From assembly GCF_009914755.1 (NCBI RefSeq), contig NC_060938.1: a stretch of 64,000 nucleotides of DNA, one strand, 5' to 3'. This DNA comes from the human T2T-CHM13v2.0 reference genome, Homo sapiens. Of the stretch, positions 52,070-64,000 are shown one piece after another. The notes below the pieces were generated by a model, which ran no database searches, was not told the DNA's origin, and saw nothing but the letters and a program-made list of their open reading frames with translations. The position numbers and the translations under genes are program-made. The number at the start of each line of letters is the position of its first letter. The stretch's first letter is position 1.

Positions 52070-53546
52070 AATTAACACTGACATTTAAAAATATCTAGCA
52101 AAGACAAACATAAAATTCAGACAAAATGTATGCTGACAATTCCGAAGGCATTTCTATTTTTATTCCACCAAAAATTTAAAGCTAGCTTGTTCAGTAAAGT
52201 TATACTTTAAGTCACGTGAACTTGAAAAATGCTTAGACTTATTTTACTTATAAGCCAGTTTGGTAGACACAACATATAACAATAAGTGTACATACAAATA
52301 AACACATCTAGACATGTATGGACACACATAAACGAAGATCCAATAGCTTGGAACCTCAGCCATGAGACAGCAATATGAGCTTGCCAGTTTTACTTCGCCC
52401 CAATAGATAATCCAATGAAGGCTGTGAACCAAAATTTCGGGTAAAGCAGTCTCCATGGCAGTTTCATTTTTAGGGGCCAAACCTCCCCAGACTCCAAAGA
52501 GTACTCGGGCCAAATAGTACCAAAGGAGGGTGTCACATGTTAACTAGGCCCCCTGCTTAGGACAGCAGCACAAGAGCCTGGATACATGCAATGCCATCCC
52601 ACTACCGAGTAGACCGTAAACTCCAGATTCAAAACAATATTGGGGCCAAAAAGCATTGCAATGATGAGAGAAAATTCTAAGGAGGGTTTAATACTTTTAA
52701 TACTAGACCTCAGAACCTATGCCAAGAGCATCCTCTTTGGAGGGGTTGAGGTACACTGGATCCCCCAGAGTGTCCTCCTGTGGGGTCCAATCTTAGTGTC
52801 AGTAGTCTCTGACCTTAGGTGGGCACTGGTGCCACTTTACATGCTTTCCCTCCAGAGCCTACAATGAGCTTTCCTTTGGTACCTGGGTGTAATTCCCAAC
52901 TTTCAGCATTCTTATAATTTGATAAAGCCACACCTTCCCATGCTTCCCATTCCATGAACTTTAATGATAGGAACTGAAGTTTGGGTGGGTTTCTTTTGCC
53001 CTTAGCCAGGTGAATAGGGGAAAGGAAGAATTTAGCATAAGATAAGAAGGTATAAATAGCCTGAAAAATGTGCAAGTTTGCTATGAGCTGCACCACATGT
53101 AGTGATCAGTGACCAAGGGCAGAAAAGATTAAAAAAAAAAAAAAAAAGAGTCCTTCCCGCTCTGGGCAGGGCAATTATTTCCATTCATTCCTAGGCCTTT
53201 AGGGAATACCAGGTAGGGACCCCAGCCGACTGCCCTCAATTTCCAAGGAGCTACTAGGAAACAGCTGCTGAAAGGCTGAAAAAGAAAGAGAGGACAAAAA
53301 TGAAAAAGACCCAGGTCCCTCAAGTTATCTGGGTGGTGGCAGTTAGGCTTCTCCTCATGGAAACCCCTTAATTTCATTGGCCATGGCCAGAAACCTGCAG
53401 TTGCTTCCACGTTTAGGTACTTCCCACCAAAAGTCCTGAGTTGGAAAGGAGAGAGAGAGAGAGAGAGAGATTGATTCCCCAGTATGCAGCAAAAGGGAAA
53501 AGGAGACAGGAGAAAACTAAGTCCCAAACTTAGGGCTTACCTCCTC

Positions 53547-53564
53547 CTCCTGGCTGGATCACCA
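53547..53564 (-). other. Primer binding site, tRNA-Arg(ACG)-like
   Basis: Minus strand tggtgatccagccaggag versus TGGCGAGCCAGCCAGGAG (16/18), followed shortly by a GAG|GTAAGC donor-like site. Confidence 0.8.
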
Positions 53565-53569
53565 AAACA

Positions 53570-53924
53570 TGTGACCAGGGGAGGGTGTCCAGGTTCTTGG
53601 TGTCTTGAAGAAAGAATTGGACAAAATGCACAAAGTAAGGAAGGAATGCAGGGATTTATTGAAAATGAAAGTACACTCCACAGTGTGGGAGTGAGCCCGA
53701 GCAAAGGGGCTCAAGGGCCCCATTAAAGAATTTTGGGGAGCTTAAATACCCTCTAGAGGATTCCATTGGTTACTTGGGGTAAGCCCTATGTAAATGAAGA
53801 AGATGAAGTAAAGTTACAAAGTCATTTACTTGGCCTATACCCTATAGAGATGATATTTCCTGTCATAGCTGAAGTGTGAATTGGCCTTATGTTCCCTGCC
53901 TCGGGACCCCATTTTCCTGCCTCA
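53570..53924 (-). mobile_element. MER61A-like 5' LTR
   Basis: Direct repeat of 46103-46456, adjacent to the PBS. Confidence 0.85.
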
Positions 53925-55986
53925 TTGTCTTGAGGGATTTTCATTGTTCACAGTTACTGTTTCATATTATGCAGAATCAATTTGCTTAGACATGTCTTAT
54001 GGGCCATTTGAGTGTTTTTTCATATTCAAAGTAATAAATATCACTTCTCAAAATATTTTGATAAAATAAGGGACAGAGGAAGTAGGGGACAAGTTCCATG
54101 GAGTACATTTCCCAAGGAGTATTTTATTGGGGAAATACCGTATGTGAGTAATTTTCTTTAGGACATATTACATATAAGAAATTGGCTCTCCTAAAAGATT
54201 GATGATATTTACAGTGCTACTGTCAACATGTAAGTATATCTAAATTACACACAATTTATCTTTATTATTTTAAATAGGTGAATAACGATATCTATACATA
54301 ACCTTATTGCTTTGGGCTGTTCAGTATCTTTCTCACTGTTCTAGTAATAGTCAGAGGTTTTGCAAAATCAGTATTTCCCTACTCTACATCCACATGGTTC
54401 GAGTAGGCCAACCTACCACAGGCTCTTCCCTAAACATTAAACATTGACCTGAAGACTAAAAATGACTCCAACTGATTTACGCTGGTGGATGCACACTCGG
54501 TAAGATTGTGTTTTAGTTTCAATAGCAAGATCCCCAGAGCTGTATTACTCTTGGCCTTTACTGAGCCTACTTCAGTAGCTTTTCTTTGACTATACGAGCC
54601 CCTCCACATAATATCCAAACAATTCTTTATTTGCTTAAATTTCTGAGAGTAATTCCATTGTTGAAAAAAAATTACTGGTTCTTATACAGTATTATTTTTA
54701 TTTGCTTTTTATTTTTTATTTGTTAATGAGAACATGAGTTTCCTTTATACTTTGAACTAATCCACTTTTTTTACTCAACTCAACTAGCATATTTTGGGCA
54801 TTCTATTAATTGTTTTGGGATAAAAACACTAGTGTGTTGTAAATTCTGACTCAAAAAGCTTACAAAATACTTGTGTAGACAAACATGTAAATATCTAACA
54901 AAAAGCTATACATTTCAATTGAACTTTTTTTTCTATTTTTCAAGTATAATTGGTCCATTAGATTAACATAGCTTAATACAGTCTTTGCATTTGGATAATT
55001 GCTATTCTCTGTTATGTTATATTTGTAAGTATTTTCCTGATTTATTTGCTTTTCTTTTAATATTTATTTTCATTATATTTTATTGTATACATATACCAGA
55101 ATATAATATATAGCCATCCTTCTGATTTATTAAAAATATTGTATGTATCTTCATTGTAAGAATGATTTTTTATTATTTTGTTTTAATATATATATTATGT
55201 ATTTATCCAGCATACATTATGACATGTGGTATCGGATCTATTTCACATTGTCCCCATTCTCATATTTAATTATACTAATATTTGCTTAATGAAACACTTT
55301 CTCATTGCTGATTTTATCTCTTTGCTTAAGCTTAGTATAAAAGTTTGAATTAATTTTTTGAAACATTAATTTTTGGAAAACAGATTATTGTCTTTTCTGT
55401 TGAAATATAATACTGCACATGTTAGAGAAGTTAAATTTTTAATATACTTCAAAAATTTTGAAGGGCATGTCTACTGCCAATACCTTAAAAAAAAGAAAAG
55501 AACTTTTGCTTGCTTTTCCAGCAGGAGTTTACTTTCTTTGATGCAAGTTTTATGAAATGTATCACAAGAATGTTAACTAGAAACGGACTTGTCTATATAT
55601 TAACTCAGGGGTGCTGTCATCCTTACCATATTTAGTCTTCCCAGCAACGATCAAAATCTTATAATTATTCATGTCTTTATCTTTCTTAATTTTTTCATTA
55701 GTGTTTTATAATTGGTTTTGAATAAATAGCCTAGCTTAAGTTAAATTAGTCTCAAACCAATTCTATTCACCATTGAAAATAAAGCTCCTTTTATTTTCAT
55801 GTTTCATGTTACTTGCATACAATAATATAAATGACTTTTAACAATTAATGGTATACATTCCAAACTTGCTTAATTAATTTATTACCTAAAGCCATTTTTA
55901 GTTCTTTTCCTTATGCTTGTATTTATGCTAACTATACAGATTTATATTTTTAATTTATCAATTAGTGTAATTTAAAATTACTTACA

Positions 55987-56283
55987 GGCCAGGCCCAATA
56001 GCTCATGCCTATAATTCCAATACTTCGGGAGCTCAAGGCAGGATGAATCGCTTGAGCCCAGGAATTTGAGACCAGCCTGGCAACATAGTGAGACCTTGTC
56101 TCTACAAAAAAAAAAAAAAAAAATTTAAAACTAGGATTGCTTGAGCCCAGGAGGTCAAGGCTGCAATGAGCCATGATCCTGCCACTGCACTTCTGCCTGG
56201 GTGACAGAGCTAGACTCTGCCTCAAATAAAATAAAATAAAATAAAATAAAATAAAATAAAATAAAATAAAATAAAATAAAATA
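55987..56283 (+). mobile_element. AluJ with internal deletion and (AAAAT)n tail
   Basis: 'gcttgagcccagga' in both arms, 'aggctgcaatgagccatgat'. About 12 pentamer units at 56224-56283. Confidence 0.9.
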
Positions 56284-56448
56284 TTACTTATCGATTTCTG
56301 AATCAGGAATGTATCTTGGATTTAAGATTTTCCAATAAACTGCTTATATCCAATAAACTGCTTGAAAGCTTTTTAGTGTTAACATATTAATTGCAATGCA
56401 TCCTAAGTGAAATGACAATTTCATTTCAAAAGTGAAAGTGAAACTTCA

Positions 56449-56722
56449 GGCTGGGCGCGGTGGCTCAGCCTGTAATCCCAGCACTTTGGGAGGTCGTGGC
56501 AGGCAGATCACTTGAAGTCAAGAGTTCAAGACCAGCCTGGCCAACATGGCAAAACCCTGTCTCTAGTAAAAATACAAAAATTATTCGGGTGTGGCGGCGC
56601 AGGCCTGTAGTCCCAGCTACTCTCCTTGAACCCAGAAGGTGGAGGTTGTAGTAAGCCAAGATCATGCCACTGCACTTCAGCCGGGGTGACAGAATGAGAC
56701 TCTGTCTCAAAAAACAAAAACA
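56449..56722 (+). mobile_element. AluS with internal deletion
   Basis: ggctgggcgcggtggctca... TSD aaagtgaaact/aaagtgatact. Confidence 0.92.
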
Positions 56723-59189
56723 GAAAGTGATACTGAAATGTCACTTTTTCTGAACATTATATTTTATACCTGAATTTTCTCTACTCTGTCCTCACCATTT
56801 TCTTTGTCATCTAGGTTGAAATTCTTAGAAATTTCTTGTTTAGTTCTAAGTCCACATTCCATATAGCTAATTATTTGCTAAGTCTTAAGGATTCTTTCTT
56901 TACAGTGTTTTTCCACATATACCTTCATGTTTACTTTAACTGTCAACTCTTATTTAGAGACTGCAGCAATTATTTTGAACTAATTTCCATTCTCCTTTAA
57001 TCTCCGTGCTACATTTCATCCTAGATATATGACAGGTTAATCTCATTTTCACTTCACAACTCTTATGCTCAAAGGTCTTTAATAACTCCTTACTAATTTC
57101 TAGTTTTGGTTTAAACCTCTCTGCCAAGGGACTCCTAAAACATGTTCCCAAATAATCATTCCAACCTTTTCTCTCAGTGGTACTATTGCACATATCCTGA
57201 GCTGCAATTATATTTAACCAATCACTTTTCTTCCTGTCCAGGAAATTTGAACAGAAGTCTTAAAGGTTCCTGAACTGTTAATACCCTTACAAAAAGCATA
57301 TGGACACCCCTCAAATATTTCTGTGGTTTGTCTTGCAGACTTTGCAATAGCAATTGATCAATGGATGTCTAAGACATCTTTGAAAGACAGAAGAACTGAC
57401 CCTCCTTTTTACATTCCTTTTTAGAAAAACTAGCTCCACCATCCCTGGATTCTGCCCATACTGGGGACAACATTAGAGAATGGTCTATATGGAATACACA
57501 ATACCAATGGAAATATTCCCTCCCTAAGCAGAAGACTGAAGCACTTTTCAAGTAAATAGCTCTTCACCTATATCAGCATTTCATTTTATCCACCAGTACA
57601 TCTAGAACAGCCTATATTCTCTTTAAAAATAAGAAGTGATTTTATAAATGAGTATCCTAAGCAGAAATAGAGAGGATTGCCTTAATTATGCTATCCTTAA
57701 AACAAGTCCAACCTTCAGTCTGTAAATTCTACAGAAATAACATTATTTGACCCCAAAAAATAGTAGATTGTAAGTCAACACAAAGCTTCCCTTTTGTGAA
57801 TGCATTTTAGTATTCCAAGAAATAGGAAAGAAAAAGTATTCACCAGAAACTCCCAGGTACAATATCTGGGATGTGTGCACACTGTGGCAAAGATACAGAC
57901 ACCCCATTTAAACCCTAATTTTTGTGGTGAGTCAATTGTGGGCTGGTAGCAAGAAGACAGGTTCATTATATATACTTCCATGTGTTCCTTTCTCTAATAT
58001 AGGTTCTGAACAATGACGGGTCAAGTCTGGACGTGGGCCAACTTTATTCTAGACAATTTCCCAGAAAAGTTGAAAATAAAGACCTGGGACATAAATTGGA
58101 ACCTGAATTAACAATCTCATGGGACAGAGTGGTAGCCTGGTACAGGGGTCTGAACACATCAGAAGAAATATAAATAAATAGAGGAATTTTAAACCAGCAA
58201 ACAATCACTAAAGTGAGAAAAGAGATTAAACTCATTTTAGCCATACCAAGTCTCAATAAGATTTACTACACACATGTCTTTTCTAAGTAAGTTACTGCCA
58301 GATATCATGTTGCATATTAAGCAAGGAAATCAAGGCAGAGGAAAAAAATAAGATGTAGAAAACAGTGCATCTTCACTAACATCCTAGCGAATAAAAGTCC
58401 CAAAGCCCAGTTTTATATAGAGGAATTTAAATGGTCTTCAATACCGTTATCATTAATCATAATCATTTGTACAAATATTTGTACAATATTTATTGTCCAC
58501 TTATTATATTCAAGGTGCTGTTTAACATATGCTAACTCCTTAAATACACACACATTCCTATAAATTGGATACAGTTGAGACTAAGTTGTCCAAGGAAAAC
58601 TATAAGTAGGGACCAGGCCACCAACACTGGCAGTCTAATGCCAAAGACTCAATATCATCTAGTAGTCAGCTATTATTTAATTTGTCAAAAATCACTTGGG
58701 TATAAATAAGTGCCCCAAAAAAGGAACATTAAAGTAAAATAAAATTATCTGAATCTAGTATTAAAACTATATATCATATAACTTCTGTTTGGCAAACTAG
58801 AAAAAATGGTCATTACCTTGAAATAATTTACTTATCCAACTACACAAACCGATTATCCATGAAAAAAAAATTCTCATTGAATTATTAAGTCCCCTGTTTC
58901 TCCAAACCTTGAAACTTCAACATTATGCAATTTTCAGGTCCAATCTGTAAAACTGCATTATAAGTTTTATTATGTTTTGTTTTACCACATCAACCACCAA
59001 ATAATCTCATTTGGGTATATTTAAGAAGGGACCTACCTTATAATATTTATTACAGTAAACTTATATCTATAGTGAAACACCACTCATAATGGAACAATTA
59101 TTTATCATTTTCATTGATTCAATATAAAGCTATAGCTAATAAAATATGTGAGTTTTACTATATGTTGCTTTATCTTAAAAGTTATTTTT

Positions 59190-59519
<330 letters not shown>

Positions 59520-59899
59520 TTATTCATAACCTATTACATTTTGCAAATAAGTAGCTTATGCACATTCTTAAGTTATAACATCAATACTAAATAATTAAGA
59601 ATGAGTAGCTAAGGAAATTGGAATAAATTTCCTTAGAAAGTAGAACATATTTTTAAAGGTAATGTATGACAGAATTCTTTGTATATGTCAGGATTCTCTT
59701 AATTGTTACCAGAAAAGCAGCTCAAGCTAAGTTATTTATAAATGAGAGTTGCTATAGAACACCAAGGTAGCTCAGAATAAAGAAGCCATCATTATGAAAC
59801 ATGAAGATGAGAGCAACTCTGAAATCATCAGTTACTGGATCGAGAGACAGGAACAGTTTTAAGATTATCTACATTCATATTTTTTCTTCTTCATTAAAA

Positions 59900-60985
59900 A
59901 AAATTATTCTTAATTGACAAATAATAATTGTATATTGTTATGGGGTAAAATGTGATTTTTGTTCTATGTATTCATTGTAGAAGTTTAATCAAGCTAATTA
60001 ATATCCTATCACCTAATTTGTCATTTTTTGTGTTGAGAATATTAAAAATTTATACTTTCAGTAATTTTGAAACATACAATATATTATAATTAACTGTGGT
60101 CACTGTGTGGTGCAATATATCACTCAAACTTATTCCTCTAGTCTAACTGAGACTTTGAACATTTTGAAAACATTTTCTCTTTCCCCATCCCTCCTTCTTC
60201 CCTGACCAGCCTCTGGTAACCACCCTTCTATTCTGTTTTTATGAGATTGACTTTCTTAGATGACACATGTAAATGAAATCATACAGTATTTTTCTTTCTG
60301 TACCTGGCTTATTTAATTTAGCATAACATCCTCCAGTTCCATCCATGTTGTTACAAATGATGGCATTTCCTTCTGTTTTAAGTTTGTATAATACTCCATT
60401 GTGTATACATATCACATTTTCTTTATTTATTCATCTATTGATGGATACTTAGGACACTTCCATATCTTGGCTACTGTAAACAATGCTGAAATAAATATAA
60501 GAATGCAGATATCTATTCAACATACTAATTTCAGTTCCTTTCACTGTATACTCAGAGATGGGATTGCTGGGTCATATGGTAATCCTATTTTTAGTTTTCT
60601 GAGAAATCTCCATAATACCAAAATAGCTGTACTAAGTTACATTTCCACCAACAGTGTACAAGAGTTCCCTATTTTCCACATCCTTGCCAACACTTGTTAT
60701 CATTTGTCATTTTTCTAATAGAAATTCTAACAGATGTGAGTTGGTATCTCATTGTGGTTTTAATTTACATTTCCCTGAATATTAGAGATATTGAGCATTT
60801 TCTCATACAGCTGTTGGCCATATCTCTATTTTTTGAGATGTCTGTTCAGTTCCTTTGCCAACTTTTTAGTTGGGTTATTTGTTTCTTTCCTGTTGAGTTG
60901 TTTGAGTTCCTTATATATTTTAGATATTAGCCCCTTGTTAAATGTATGCTTTGTAAATATTTTCTCCCAATTTGCGGTTGTCTCT
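59900..60985 (-). mobile_element. L1MA 3' portion
   Basis: 'aattgacaaataataattgtata...aaacttattcctctagtctaactga...gggattgctgggtcatatggta'. Confidence 0.85.
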
Positions 60986-61255
60986 TTATTCTCTTTTCTT
61001 GATTTTTTTTCCTATGGCTATAGTGATTTCCATGTAATAGGGGAATGGTTTTAGTTGGCCAAGAGTTTACAAACTCATAAACAAACAACTAGAAAGCAAA
61101 GGTAATTTCCTTACAGGACAAATTAAAACAAAATTAGAGAAAGACTCTGGCTCAGGTTGTGTCATACAGCCAGCCATAAATCCATCACTGTGGCTGTGGG
61201 GGTAAAATGCTAATATTAGCTACTTTGAGTCAGATATTTCAGTAATTTCCCCTGG

Positions 61256-61705
61256 TGTCACATGACCTATCCCCACATCCCATTCCCTTGCCAGCTCTGA
61301 TTTCAGCTGCAGCAACATTAGACAATGCTTTGAAAGTTCAGACTTATTCTGGAACTATTTCACCTCAACCTAAATCCAGCTGTTATTCTGCTTTCATTCT
61401 CAGGGCCTTCATGAAGCCATAAGAGCCCATGTACTTAAGAAGCCTGGTAAGATAGGGAAGTCAATGTTCCAGAGAGCAATCCTCCATCAGTGGACAATGG
61501 GAACTGGGGAAGGGGAGCTTTTGATAATTCTGAGAAGCCCTAGTTTCCACAGTGGTAACCAGATTAATAATGCACCTCTATGTTGATCTTTCCCTGTATC
61601 ATTCTTGCCATTCCCTCATTCTGGCTTCATGATAATGTCCCAAATAAACTATCCTTTCCCAGTTCTTATCTCAGGCTCTGCTTTCAAGGGAACTCAAACT
61701 AAGAT
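61256..61705 (+). mobile_element. LTR16-type ERVL solo LTR
   Basis: 'tgatttcagctgcagc...cccaaataaacta...ttatctcaggctctgctttcaagggaactcaaactaaga'. Confidence 0.7.
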
Positions 61706-61859
61706 GCCATCACTTTATCAATTATTTTATCCAGGAAATTTGTTTTCTCTTATTTTTTCTTCTAATCAATGATTTTAATTTTTTTAAAAATGCTGGTCCC
61801 CCTTTATTCACCAACTTTAAATTTTGGTATGGTTTCCACATCTTCTCTATCTATGCTGT

Positions 61860-62865
61860 CTGAATAAATTATATGCACTCTCATGTCTTTACAAATCATC
61901 TGTAAATTTGGTGATTACAAATTTATATTTCCAATTGAGACTTATTCCTTGTATTAGACTTTTTACCCAAATGACTACTAAAATTGCTTGACAGTCTATT
62001 AGGCATCTTAGAATTAGCATGTCCAAAGAAAAACTCTCAATACTCGTTCCAAACGTGCTCTTTTCACAGTCTCCCCAACTCAATACATGCCAACTCCATT
62101 ATACCAGTTATTCAGGCTCCAAAGCTGGTGTGGTCCTTGAAACATCTTTCTTTCACTTTCTACATTGAATCAATCACCAAATTTCAAAATATACCTAAGA
62201 TTCAATTACATCTTACCACCTTTACTTCTAGCAGCTTGGAGAATTTCAGTAGTATCTTAAGTGATCTCCATTCTCCACCATTGCACTTCTAAAGACTCTT
62301 CTCCAAACAGCACTGAGAATGATCCTTAGAAACATACATCAAATGTTAACATTCTATCATTCAACACGTTCCAACAGTTTACTATAGCATTCAGAGGAAA
62401 AGCTAAAGTCTTCATAAAATTATACATAATCTGAAAGTTTTTCTTCTATTACTGTCACCTACTTCACTTCATTCTAGCCACATTGACTTCTTTGCTTTAC
62501 TTGAATAAGCCAAGCATATTTTCCCCAAAATCCCCACAGTTCAAACCTTTTCTTCCTATAGGTTCCTACTCATGTCACCTAATCAGAGAGGACTTTCATG
62601 AATACCATGTATAAAATATTCCTTTAATACGTCTCTCCATATTCCTTTCACCTCTTTAGTAAATGTCATTGTACATAATACCAGTTGAAAAATACATTTT
62701 TTCTTTGTTTGTTGTCTTTCTTTCCTCTCTAGATTTTAAGCTTTATGAGGGGAAGGAATTTTCCACTTTTTTTACCTCTATAGTTACAACACCTCCAAGA
62801 GAGCTTGACATGTAGTAGGCTCTCTACTTATATTTGTTGAGTGAATGGAAGAAGATGGATGAAAG
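61860..62865 (+). mobile_element. L2 3' portion
   Basis: 'tctattaggcatctta...agcatgtccaaa', ending 'tagtaggctct...tatttgttgagtgaatg'. Confidence 0.75.
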
Positions 62866-64000
62866 AAGATAGTTCTAGTTCAGTTCATGTGACTGAATCA
62901 GTAAGTCAGAAGGGAGGAAAGGAAGTACTACTAAATGAAACCTGAAACATGAGTAATTTGGGTAATTATTGGTAACCAATGGGAGCAGAATGGTGCCTTC
63001 CCCATCCCCACTGGAATACAATATAGCCCTTTACTGTTACTGGAATTGAGTTACAAATGTGAATCTATGTTTTTCAGGGACAAACACACACACACACAAT
63101 TAACAACATCAGGGGGATAAAATATATGAGAGCTTTGTGAAAAGCACAACAAATTTTGGTTTAAACATGGAGAAAATGTTTTTCTTTAGGCCTCAAAAAA
63201 GAGGATATTATGTAAAAAACAGCCTCAAAAATACAATTACAGTAAATATAGCAATATCACTTTTTATTTATTATGCCTATGGTTTTATATGTAACAAGAA
63301 TGCAATGTTTTCAAGATACTTTATTTTTTATAGTTTTTGATGTTTTTTAAAAAAATGTATTCTTGATAATTCATCTGAATTGAAAATTGATCATTTGATA
63401 GACAAATATTACAGAGGAAACCCAGTGGTTAATGACAATTGAATGTACTACAGAATCTATTATAACTTTCAAAAATTGTAATTTAAAAATAAATCTTCCT
63501 TTATAATATCTTTATATTCCCCACATCAAAATGCTGCAATCAACCCATTGTATCATTATGAAAACTGGATTAAAATCCATCCATCTTTTTTATTACAATT
63601 CTGAAGTGTTTCTCAAATCAAGGAAAATTTAATAAATCTTTTCAGGACTTAATAAAAGAACAGAAGATTTATATATCTAATAAAAAATGCATTCAGTTCC
63701 AATGGTTTTATTTAATTTGTTTTCATATGTCTTCTTATCACCTATTAGATATCATTTTGTTTCTCAAAATCCAGAGTGGAAATCACTTCTAAAATAATTT
63801 TTATAGAAAAAAATATAGATTACTCAGGTATTCCATATGTCTGTCCTTTAAAAAATGTGGAAGATTTGAGAGTAGCTTGCACAATCAGAGGACATCAGGG
63901 GAAGGTCTATTTGGCTATTGAACTTCAGATCAATTTTGCGATTTTAACACTGTTTGTTTCATAACTCATACAGATTTCCTCTAGAGAGTTTCAGAGAATG

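Noticed and set aside
53570-53924. p53 response element in the MER61 LTRs
   Set aside because: Some MER61 subfamilies carry one, but I found no paired RRRCWWGYYY in either LTR here.

Overview
AT-rich primate genomic DNA, almost certainly human because it carries an AluYa5 with all five diagnostic changes. I find no credible protein-coding gene, RNA gene or CRISPR array. The ORF-track entries are chance ORFs or decayed Alu/L1/ERV frames. The window is a dense, nested transposable-element record. The two main elements are (1) a two-LTR, internally deleted HERV-H provirus (8847-14514, +) with LTR7Y-type LTRs, a tRNA-His PBS, an intact splice donor, a PPT and a perfect 5-bp TSD, and (2) an older two-LTR MER61-type non-autonomous provirus (46103-53924, -) with a tRNA-Arg PBS and four Alus inside it. 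It also holds several L1s (one twin-primed, one with an internal deletion and a tandem-monomer 5' region), MaLR/ERV solo LTRs, hAT and Tigger MITEs, L2 and MIR. The most unusual structures not explained by standard elements are a ~100-bp fold-back duplication with an inverted spacer (27052-27285), an orphan 36-bp-stem hairpin (1964-2066), a 39-bp micro-Alu with a 28-bp TSD, and a TATA>TCTA change shared by both HERV-H LTRs. I cannot support a claim of a new biological system. The best functional hypothesis is an LTR7Y-driven spliced non-coding transcript. Subfamily names come from my recall of consensus sequences and need RepeatMasker/Dfam confirmation.
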